Source of the DNA: Promethearchaeota archaeon
GTDB lineage: Archaea > Asgardarchaeota > Lokiarchaeia > Sigyniarchaeales > SOKP01
DNA: 16,363 nucleotides
Reading direction: 5' to 3'
Assembly (NCBI GenBank): GCA_048938445.1
Contig: JBHLME010000100.1
Coordinates: 1 to 16,363 of the forward strand
Positions 1 to 7,695 of the stretch are shown in pieces (position 1 is the first letter of the stretch; each line of letters starts with the position of its first letter). The translations under genes and the position numbers were made by a program. The notes below the pieces were generated by a model. That model was given only the letters and a program-made list of their open reading frames with translations. It made no database searches and was not told where the DNA came from.

Positions 1-66
1 TCTGATAAAGAAGCTGATTTTTTAAATAAATTCTCTGATAAAGAAGCTGATTATTTTAAAAAATTC
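1..66 (+). repeat. In-frame 33-bp tandem duplication (at least 2 copies; may continue left of the window)
   Basis: 1-33 tctgataaagaagctgattttttaaataaattc versus 34-66 tctgataaagaagctgattattttaaaaaattc: 30 of 33 positions identical. Encodes SDKEADFLNKF / SDKEADYFKKF. Confidence 0.9.
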
Positions 67-627
67 TATTATAAAGGGGTTTCAGCCATTTTTTTCGTAT
101 TTGATTTATCTCAACCAGAAACTTTTGAAAGCTATCAAAAGCTTATTAAAAAGGCATGGAATGAGGGTTTATTAAAAAAGTGTCCTGTACTGATAATTGG
201 GAATAAACTTGATTTAGTAATAAATCCAAAAACAATTGATAGACAAAAATATCGAGAATTTGTTAAAAAAGAAGGTTTATTAGGATATATTGAATTAAAT
301 TCAAAGGGTAATATTCATCCTTTAATAAAAGAAATTCCCCAAATTATTCAAACTAATTTAAAAAAGAATTATCAAGTTAAATTCTTAGTGAACAGCAAAG
401 AATTTGAAGAAATTAGAAGATCTGCTAAAATTTCTCATCAAACGAGATCTGAATTTATTCGTGCTGCAATAAGAGATAAAATACGAGTATTAAATTCTCA
501 AGAACAGGATTTGGATAGACCTCAAGAAATTCATGAAGATAAATTAAGATTGGAAGAGCTGAAGTATATTCGAGAAGTGTTAGAAAGAATGGAAAAGAAA
601 GAAAATAAATTAAAAGAAATGAGATGA
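1..627 (+). CDS. 5'-truncated small GTPase (Ras/Rab-like) fused to a C-terminal ribbon-helix-helix (CopG/MetJ/Arc-type) domain and coiled coil
   Basis: Frame +1 translated by hand has no stop from 1 to 624: SDKEADFLNKFSDKEADYFKKFYYKGVSAIFFVFDLSQPETFE...CPVLIIGNKLD...LGYIELNSK...YQVKFLVNSKEFEEIRRSAKISHQTRSEFIRAAIRDKI... The stretch YYKG-xx-IFFVFDLS-xxETF and the G4 motif NKLD (202-213) are Rab/Ras-type. 370-483 has the strand-helix-helix pattern of an RHH domain. The track's 388..627 ORF is only the 3' end. Confidence 0.85.
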   Translation, partial: SDKEADFLNKFSDKEADYFKKFYYKGVSAIFFVFDLSQPETFESYQKLIKKAWNEGLLKKCPVLIIGNKLDLVINPKTIDRQKYREFVKKEGLLGYIELNSKGNIHPLIKEIPQIIQTNLKKNYQVKFLVNSKEFEEIRRSAKISHQTRSEFIRAAIRDKIRVLNSQEQDLDRPQEIHEDKLRLEELKYIREVLERMEKKENKLKEMR

Positions 628-713
628 TAACATTTTGACAGTTAATTTTGCTCAAGTGTTCTAAAGAAATATGTAAATTTAAATAATATATCTTAATTAT
701 TGGTGAAAAAAGA

Positions 714-2102
714 ATGACTATGAATGAACCAAATAATATAATTATTGAAAGTAAAAAGAAAGTAAAGAAGGCATCAAATGAGCAAGAAAAATTAAGAAGT
801 TTCATCTATTTGCTGATTGGTCAATTTATATCTCTTTTTGGATCATCAATTGTTGGATTTGCCATAGTTTGGTGGATTACTATTGAAACTGGAAGTAGTG
901 TATTTCTATCGATTGCAGCTTTTCTAGTATATGCCCCTGTAATTTTTTTAGTGCCCATTACTGGTGTGTATGCAGATAGATGGAATAAAAAACAATTGAT
1001 CATAATATGTGATTTTCTACAAGCAATTTTTACATTAGGTTTAATTATTTTATTTATATTAGATATGGTAAATATTGTAGCAGTTTTATTATTGCTTCTA
1101 TTGAGGGGGATTTGCCAAGCTTTCCATCAGCCTGCTTTAATGGCCATAATCCCATATATGATTCCAATGCAACATTTTTCAAAGTTTAATTCTGTAAGTA
1201 TTCTAACATCAGGCATGCTTAATTTTATTGCTCCTGTAATTGCTTCGTCCCTAATGATTTTTTTATCCATTGGACAAATACTTTGGGTAGATATAGTCAC
1301 ATTTTTAATTGCTCTAATCCCTTCAATATTTTTAAAATTCTCAGTAAAGAAAAGAAAAAGAAAAAAGAAATCCAATTTCAGAAAGGAATTTAAGGAAGGA
1401 TTGTTTGCCTTAAAAGAAATTGAAGGGTTAATTTCATTATTAATATTTTTTGCGCTTGAAAGTTTTTTTATAGTTCCATATTTCATACTTATGCCCTATT
1501 TTGTCAATATTACTCATTCAGGAACGGAATTTGATTTGGCCATGATACAAGCACTCTTTCAAGCAGGTATTGTATTTGGATCTATAATTCAATATAGAAA
1601 GAAAAAATGGAATAAAAAAGTAGTAACAATAATAAAAATAACGAGTTTACAGATGCTTGCTACCACCTTTCTTCTTTTTTCTCCAAAAGGTGCCTTTTTG
1701 ATGATTGGAATGGGCCCATTTATAATTGGATTTGGTAATGCTATCACAACTGCCTTGATAATGACATTAATTCAGTCTATAATACCTAGAAAAAAACAAG
1801 GTAGGGCTATATCAATAATCATCGTAATAGTAAGTTCTAGTGTACCTTTAAGCATGATAATCTCTGGATTTTTTGTAGAATTGATTGGAATTTACATTTA
1901 TTATTGGATTTGTTTAATTGCCATGCTCATTATCCTCTCACTTGCAATGTTAATGACGAGTATTTTAAGCCTTGATAAAAGAATAGAAGAGAGAATGAAA
2001 CAATTATATCCTTATTCACTTAAATCTAAAGAGAATAAAGAAATGAATTATAATATGAAGGATTACTCGAATCTAAAATTTCTGAGAAAAAAAACAAATT
2101 AA
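714..2102 (+). CDS. MFS transporter, DHA3/MefA-like drug:H+ antiporter family
   Basis: About 12 hydrophobic segments. N-terminal GQFISLFGSSI...WWIT.ETGS is typical of MefA-like proteins. MFS motif A: GVYADRWNKK. Basic central loop. SD-like GGTGA at 702-706. Confidence 0.9.
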   Translation: MTMNEPNNIIIESKKKVKKASNEQEKLRSFIYLLIGQFISLFGSSIVGFAIVWWITIETGSSVFLSIAAFLVYAPVIFLVPITGVYADRWNKKQLIIICDFLQAIFTLGLIILFILDMVNIVAVLLLLLLRGICQAFHQPALMAIIPYMIPMQHFSKFNSVSILTSGMLNFIAPVIASSLMIFLSIGQILWVDIVTFLIALIPSIFLKFSVKKRKRKKKSNFRKEFKEGLFALKEIEGLISLLIFFALESFFIVPYFILMPYFVNITHSGTEFDLAMIQALFQAGIVFGSIIQYRKKKWNKKVVTIIKITSLQMLATTFLLFSPKGAFLMIGMGPFIIGFGNAITTALIMTLIQSIIPRKKQGRAISIIIVIVSSSVPLSMIISGFFVELIGIYIYYWICLIAMLIILSLAMLMTSILSLDKRIEERMKQLYPYSLKSKENKEMNYNMKDYSNLKFLRKKTN

Positions 2103-2135
2103 ATAATAGCAAATTAATAAGAAAAATAAAAAATA

Positions 2136-2144
2136 GAGGAGTGA
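2136..2144 (+). promoter_or_regulatory. Putative Shine-Dalgarno site of the histidine kinase gene
   Basis: gaggagtga, 9 nt upstream of the ATG at 2154. Confidence 0.5.
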
Positions 2145-2153
2145 AATACTATC

Positions 2154-2918
2154 ATGAAAATATATAGAAATAATTCAAATGTAATTACGGGAGGTTCAAG
2201 TAGTACCTTCAATAGATCCAACTTTTATAAGGATATGCTCGCCCATAATATGAATAATATTTTAAATTGTATTAATTTGGCTGTGGATTTCCTTTCCAGG
2301 TGTAAAATAAATTCCAATAATTTGGAAATTTTTGAAGGAAATGTTGACATTATAAAAAGATCCGTGAATAGGGCAGAGAAATTAATTTCCACGGTGAATA
2401 AATTATCTGAGATCGAAGATTCAAGCATTTTAAACCACAATATAGATTCCAAAATTCTTTTATATGAGGCAATCAATAATATTAGAAATAATTTTCAAGA
2501 TAAAATAATTGATATCCAAGTTTTTTTCAATAGTAGTAATGTTCAAGTAAAGGCAAATGAACTCTTGTTAGATATTTTTGAAAATATTTTAGAAAATGCT
2601 TTAAAATACAATAATGCTTCAATCGTGAAAATAGAAATATTAGTGACGGATATGAAAGATGATGATAGGAACTATCTCAAGTTTGAATTCATTGATAATG
2701 GAATTGGAGTTCCTGAGTCTAGTAAAGAAGCTATTATGGAAGAAGGATACAAAAAGAAAAGTGACATAAGAGGATTAGGGATTGGATTATCATTAGTCAA
2801 AAAAGCTATAGAGAGTTATCAAGGTAAGTTTTGGGTTGAAGATAAAGTGAAGGGAGATCATACGCAAGGAAGTAATTTTGTAATTTTGATACCCAAATCA
2901 TATATCATTATGAAATGA
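2154..2918 (+). CDS. Soluble histidine kinase core (HisKA + HATPase_c) without sensor domain
   Basis: H-box-like DMLAHNMNNILNCI, N-box DIFENILENALKY, G1 DNGIGV, G2 GLGIGLSLVKK, terminal GSNFVILIP. Only about 25 aa precede the H-box helix. Confidence 0.88.
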   Translation: MKIYRNNSNVITGGSSSTFNRSNFYKDMLAHNMNNILNCINLAVDFLSRCKINSNNLEIFEGNVDIIKRSVNRAEKLISTVNKLSEIEDSSILNHNIDSKILLYEAINNIRNNFQDKIIDIQVFFNSSNVQVKANELLLDIFENILENALKYNNASIVKIEILVTDMKDDDRNYLKFEFIDNGIGVPESSKEAIMEEGYKKKSDIRGLGIGLSLVKKAIESYQGKFWVEDKVKGDHTQGSNFVILIPKSYIIMK

Positions 2919-3029
2919 CCTAAATATGATTGATTAAACATTGTTTCACAGAGATGAAGCTATAAAACCCCGTATTCACGACATTTTAAGCAGAAATATA
3001 AATTTGTTATGAAGCTCAATTTTAAGTAA

Positions 3030-3365
3030 TTATCTTAAATTAATATTAAAATAATTAACAGTTGGTTTATCCTGTAGAAATTTCTTGATTTGTTTAATTA
3101 AATGTTTTTCAGCACCCAATGAAAAACCATATCCACTCCCACCAGAAATTATTACATGAACACGACATTCATTTTGATTTATAACATCGAATATGATTGT
3201 CGCTGATAATTTTGATTTAATACGGTAATAATAATAATCAAACACAACAATGACGCCACCACCATTATAATTTTTATAATTAAAACTCGGAGGAATTTTT
3301 TTTATAAATTCATTGATAATGGTGTTAGGATCTATATCTTTAAGAGTTATGGTTTCACGTTTCAT
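3030..3365 (-). CDS. Conserved hypothetical protein, DUF6054-like
   Basis: VFDYYYYRIKSKLSATI...ISGGSGYGFSLGAE resembles the DUF6054 pattern as I recall it (E/D-x-Y-x-x-R...SGG...GAE). ATG at 3365 preferred over the track's TTG at 3377. Confidence 0.6.
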   Translation of the reverse strand: MKRETITLKDIDPNTIINEFIKKIPPSFNYKNYNGGGVIVVFDYYYYRIKSKLSATIIFDVINQNECRVHVIISGGSGYGFSLGAEKHLIKQIKKFLQDKPTVNYFNINLR

Positions 3366-3491
3366 ATTTATTCTCAAAAAAATATTTTTAGATCTTGTAT
3401 TTGGTCAATTTAAAAGTACTCATATTACCTATTTAAAGTTGTATGGTAATTTTCTGAAGTATTTGAAATAGTAAGAAAAACTTTAAAAAAA

Positions 3492-4229
3492 TCATTCAAA
3501 TTTTTTTGTGTACTCTTTAAATTTATCAGGAGGCCACGCTTTAGGAGTGGTGCTAATTCGAGTATATCGATGATCACATTCAGAAGCCCCATTAGCAAGA
3601 GATTGAGTACGTGATAGGCCAAATCCCATAACATTTGCTTGAGCAAAATCGATAAGACATGCAAAAGGAGCATATTTTTCAGCGCTTAGTTTCTTATATG
3701 CTTTAAGTATTCCACATTCAGACACTTTAAAGCCATAATCGAAATCTTCATCAGTACCTTCCAAGAATTCCATTACCCAACTATCAGGATATTTCCTCTT
3801 ATGTGAATCAATGCAATGCTTTTTTAGAGAATTGATAAAAGGATCACTAAAATAGAGATCTAAAAGATTCATTCCTCTCTTCTCTGCTCTTTCCATAGCT
3901 TTTTTTGTTTCAATCTCCGTGAATTTATTGTTAAATTCTCCAATTTCTCGATATGTATATCCTTCATTTTCAAGAATTCGAAATATTGCTAATAAAGATA
4001 CTTTAGATGTAAGAATCGTAATGAAAAAGTTCCTCTTTCCTCCAACATCGGTCATATTAGTCAAGATATCTTCATATTCCTTTCGTATTTGGTTGATTAG
4101 ACCTTCTGATTTAGATTCATTAAATCTCTCATTTAAAAGATCTTTAGCGATTTTTAGAGAATATTCAAATTGCTTCATTAACTTTTGTTTATTTTTTGAA
4201 TAATAATCTAAAGAACTCTTAGTTGACAT
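3492..4229 (-). CDS. L-2-amino-thiazoline-4-carboxylic acid (ATC) hydrolase family protein (V4R/HNOX-like fold; true function unknown)
   Basis: FDYGFKVSECGI...FACLIDF...GLSRTQSLANGASECDHRY matches the family's three-Cys C-terminal signature (EC...C..D...L.RT.TLA.G...CDF). Confidence 0.8.
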   Translation of the reverse strand: MSTKSSLDYYSKNKQKLMKQFEYSLKIAKDLLNERFNESKSEGLINQIRKEYEDILTNMTDVGGKRNFFITILTSKVSLLAIFRILENEGYTYREIGEFNNKFTEIETKKAMERAEKRGMNLLDLYFSDPFINSLKKHCIDSHKRKYPDSWVMEFLEGTDEDFDYGFKVSECGILKAYKKLSAEKYAPFACLIDFAQANVMGFGLSRTQSLANGASECDHRYTRISTTPKAWPPDKFKEYTKKFE

Positions 4230-4443
4230 TAATATATCACTTCTAATAAGAAGAATATTTTAATTTATTTACTTGACAGAAAAGTAAAAATACTTTTTAA
4301 ACTTAATTTTAATCTTCATAGATTCCTTCAATTTAATAACTTGATTCTATTAAAAACTACAATTTCCCATTCTTACCTTTTGTTTTGTATAAATGTTATT
4401 TTGATCTTATTATTTATCATAAATTTTTTATAATTGAATTTAA

Positions 4444-4475
4444 TAAAAAATTCTTAGTGGTAAAAAATTCTTAGT
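4444..4475. repeat. Perfect 15-bp direct repeat in a divergent intergenic region
   Basis: taaaaaattcttagt at 4444-4458 and 4461-4475, separated by gg. Confidence 0.8.
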
Positions 4476-4566
4476 CTTATACATAAAAGTTAAAAATTAT
4501 AGATAATAGCCATATATAACATCTCAGTTTAGTAGAATTGTTTAAAGCATGAATGTTTGAATAAGG

Positions 4567-5751
4567 ATGATGGATATCAACCATATAAAGAAGGTAGTAG
4601 TAGTTGGTTCCGGAGTAATGGGTTATGGAATCGGCCAAGTTGCTTTAATGGCAGGATTTAACGTTAATTTAGTTGACATTAAGGATGAAATTGTCAGTAA
4701 TGGTGTTGAAAAGATTAAAGAAGGATTACAAAAAGTTAAAACAAAGGGAAAATTAGCAGAAGATGTTTCAATTGAGGATCTAATGGCAAGATGTCAAACA
4801 TCAACGGATTTAGCTTCTGCGGTTAAAGATGCGGATTTTGTTTTTGAAGCTGTTGCTGAAAAGATCGAAATAAAGAAAAATGTCTGTGAAACTGTGATGA
4901 AAGATTCACCATCTCACTGCATTTTTGCCTCAAATACATCAACATTTAGAATAACGGATATTGCTGCGAATTCAAATAAACCTGAACAAGTTATTGGAAT
5001 GCATTTTTTCCTTCCAGTCATCCTTCAATGCTGTGTTGAGGTGATGAAAGGTGAAAAAACTTCAGATGAAGCATTGGATATTGGTGTGGAAATGGGAAAA
5101 AGATTGCCTTGTCTTAAGGGAAAGAGACTTTCCGTTCGAATTGAAAAAGAAAGCCCCGGATTTATAGCAAATAGGTTACTCATTCCCCCAAATATATATA
5201 ATAATTGGGTTTTTGACCAAGCATTTGAAAAAGGCATTCCATGGGAACAAATAGATGCTGATGCTGGGAATTTAACACCAATGGGACCTTGTGAATTAGC
5301 TGATTATCTAGGATTAGATGCTAGTTATAATTCCATGAAAAGTTACGAAAATATATTCTCTAAAGAATTTACTCCGGGAAAAATTCTCACGAAATTAGTT
5401 ATAGAAGGAAATCTGGGAAAAAAAACGGGTAAGGGTTTTTATGATTGGTCAAAAGGCAAACCAGTAATAGATTTTAGTAATAAAGCAGGGATGTATCAAC
5501 CTGAAATGGTAATGGCAATAATGTTAAACGAGGGTTGTAAACTACTAGAAGAGGGTGTAGTGCCTGGTTATAAAATCATTGATGATGTGATGTTATCGGG
5601 AACTAGCATTCCTGGACCATTTGGTCCTGGAAAGAGAAATTATGAAAAATGGTCAAAAATGCTAGAAGAATTTGTAGAAATCAGTGGTAAGAATTATCTA
5701 AAACCTTGTGAATTGATGAAATCTGGGGAATTTAATAAAATGCGAAAATGA
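4567..5751 (+). CDS. 3-hydroxyacyl-CoA dehydrogenase (NAD-binding domain plus two C-terminal dimerisation-type domains, archaeal type)
   Basis: Rossmann VVGSGVMGYGI; FEAVAE...K; ASNTS; GMHFF; PGFIANR; PMGPCELADYLGLD; GNLGKKTGKGFYDW; second C-domain NEGCKLLEEGV...ID...GPF. Confidence 0.93.
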   Translation: MMDINHIKKVVVVGSGVMGYGIGQVALMAGFNVNLVDIKDEIVSNGVEKIKEGLQKVKTKGKLAEDVSIEDLMARCQTSTDLASAVKDADFVFEAVAEKIEIKKNVCETVMKDSPSHCIFASNTSTFRITDIAANSNKPEQVIGMHFFLPVILQCCVEVMKGEKTSDEALDIGVEMGKRLPCLKGKRLSVRIEKESPGFIANRLLIPPNIYNNWVFDQAFEKGIPWEQIDADAGNLTPMGPCELADYLGLDASYNSMKSYENIFSKEFTPGKILTKLVIEGNLGKKTGKGFYDWSKGKPVIDFSNKAGMYQPEMVMAIMLNEGCKLLEEGVVPGYKIIDDVMLSGTSIPGPFGPGKRNYEKWSKMLEEFVEISGKNYLKPCELMKSGEFNKMRK

Positions 5752-7590
5752 CTAATTTGAATTAATAATTTCAATTTCATTTTCCATAATATTATATAAA
5801 GTATAGAGGAAATTATCAATTTCATTTTGCATTTGAAGTATTAGATTATCGTATACACCATTATTTTTCTCTAAAGCACGCATTATTCTATCAACTCTCT
5901 CAACAATTTCTTTTTTGAGATTTTCTGAAGGTTTAACAATTGGTAAATGTCTGATCATGTATTGATTTAAATTTATTGTTGTTCCTTTTTGGTTGTTTAT
6001 TCCATACGTGCAGTAAAATTTTATCAATTTAGAATTAAGAACAGCACATAAATATTTCAATTCATCAGTATCATCATGTAGTAATGAATAAATTGATGAT
6101 GTAAAGCACATTCGTTCTTTTGTAAAAATAGCTTCTGGAATAATATTATTGTGTTTAATTAAGAGTCTTGGATTTTCATAATACTCATAATTTTTACCTT
6201 TTAAGATTGAAGGATCAATTCGGTCAAGATCAAATGATTTGTTTTTTTTTATGAAATAATAAGAAAAATCCTCTTTAGCATTCACAAAAATACAATTATA
6301 ATTAAGATTGTTTTTGATTAATTTCCTAATTGCTGCTAAACCTTTATCTTCTTCACCACGAATCATTTTTGGGAAATCTTTTACATTCAAGTAATTTAAA
6401 TTTCCTAATTTTTCGATTTTATTTATTATTTGGAGTTGTTTAGAAGTTGGTTTTATTCTTAGTCTATTAAGTTTAATTGTATCATTGTTACAATATGGAC
6501 AATGATAATCAAAAGAGTAAACAAAAATTTTTTTTGATTTCACGCATATTGAACAATGAGAATTCAAGCAAGCTCGAAGTTCATCAAATTTCTGATTTTT
6601 ATATGTTATTATTTTAGTTTTAGGGTAATTATAAACATCTAAGTTATCATTTATTCCATTTTTTTTATCATAAATTATGATTTGAACTTCATTTGTAGCT
6701 TTTTTAAACAAGTTTGGACCAAGATCATATATTTTCTGAATATTCATATTTGAAAATAACTCCTTCCTAAAATGAATATATCCTTGCCGTAAAAGAAAGC
6801 TTTTTGGAATTAAAAAACAAATTAATCCATTTGACCACTCTAATGCTTTCAGCAGAAAGGTACAATAAATATCCTTATAAAATAAACCTTCTTTCTTTAA
6901 AATTTCTTTCTCCTTTGTTGAAAGAATATTCCCATAAGGAGGATTTCCTATTATAATGTCAAATTTTCCCTTAAAAGAAGATATAACACTATTTTTTATT
7001 TTTATATTAGATTTTAGACGAGTGATTATATTATACTCAGGACTTTTTGAAATTGAAACCCAAGAAAATAGTTTTAATTGACATAACTTAATCGCCTTCT
7101 CATTGATATCAAATCCATATAAATTATTGATTATAGTTTTTCTTAAATCCAAATCACTCATATTTGAATTATTTTTTTTTAAAATATCATATAAACAGTT
7201 TGCTGCACTTAAGAGAAAGACCCCTGCTCCACAAGCAGGATCTAATATTTTTATTTTTAATAAAGAATCATAAATACTTTTTTTTATTTCTAAATCAAGG
7301 TTATTAATTTCATCAAAATCGTTTAAATCAATATTATATTGAAAATTTCTTTCTAGAATTTTATTAATAAAAAGAAGAATTGACTTTTCAACAATAAAAT
7401 TAGAAAGCTCTTCATTTGTATAATAAACACCTTCAGACTTTCGGTTGCGATAACTTGTTAAAAAGGATAATTCTTGTGATTTAATTAAATTTAAGAAATC
7501 CTTTACCTTTTCTCCATTTTTTGCTTTTACCGCTTCTTCAAATGACTTAAAAAGCTGTGAATTTAAGTCAAACTCGTACCTATCATTCAT
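5752..7590 (-). CDS. N6-adenine DNA methyltransferase, gamma class (TaqI/Eco57I-like) with TaqI-type C-terminal specificity domain
   Basis: Motif X GVYYT, motif I ILDPACGAGVFL, motif II LYGFDIN, motif IV FDIIIGNPPY, and C-terminal LKYLCAVLNSKLI..Y...IRHLPI. No nuclease domain seen. Confidence 0.9.
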   Translation of the reverse strand: MNDRYEFDLNSQLFKSFEEAVKAKNGEKVKDFLNLIKSQELSFLTSYRNRKSEGVYYTNEELSNFIVEKSILLFINKILERNFQYNIDLNDFDEINNLDLEIKKSIYDSLLKIKILDPACGAGVFLLSAANCLYDILKKNNSNMSDLDLRKTIINNLYGFDINEKAIKLCQLKLFSWVSISKSPEYNIITRLKSNIKIKNSVISSFKGKFDIIIGNPPYGNILSTKEKEILKKEGLFYKDIYCTFLLKALEWSNGLICFLIPKSFLLRQGYIHFRKELFSNMNIQKIYDLGPNLFKKATNEVQIIIYDKKNGINDNLDVYNYPKTKIITYKNQKFDELRACLNSHCSICVKSKKIFVYSFDYHCPYCNNDTIKLNRLRIKPTSKQLQIINKIEKLGNLNYLNVKDFPKMIRGEEDKGLAAIRKLIKNNLNYNCIFVNAKEDFSYYFIKKNKSFDLDRIDPSILKGKNYEYYENPRLLIKHNNIIPEAIFTKERMCFTSSIYSLLHDDTDELKYLCAVLNSKLIKFYCTYGINNQKGTTINLNQYMIRHLPIVKPSENLKKEIVERVDRIMRALEKNNGVYDNLILQMQNEIDNFLYTLYNIMENEIEIINSN

Positions 7591-7695
7591 ATCTGAAAAA
7601 AATGTATATCTTTTTAGTTATCTTTCTAATTATATTTGTTATTTTCCTTAATTATATGTAACAATTCTTATATATAATATATTTCTTTTAGAATG

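Noticed and set aside
1-66. CRISPR array suggested by 33-bp repeats
   Set aside because: The copies are adjacent with no spacer, are in frame within a coding region, and no cas genes are present.
388-627. Stand-alone 79-aa protein from the ORF track
   Set aside because: The frame is open back to base 1 with GTPase motifs, and the GTG start would cut off the RHH beta-strand. It is the 3' end of a longer gene.
714-2102. Calling the transporter the macrolide-resistance gene mefA
   Set aside because: Only family-level resemblance is visible; the substrate cannot be inferred.
455-5237. Shadow ORFs 455..805, 821..1003, 1127..1486, 2225..2476, 3425..3673, 3919..4203, 5025..5237
   Set aside because: Each overlaps a well-supported gene in antisense or an alternative frame and has no recognisable motif.
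5752-7590. Complete restriction-modification system or defence island
   Set aside because: No endonuclease domain or gene, and no other defence or mobility genes in the window.
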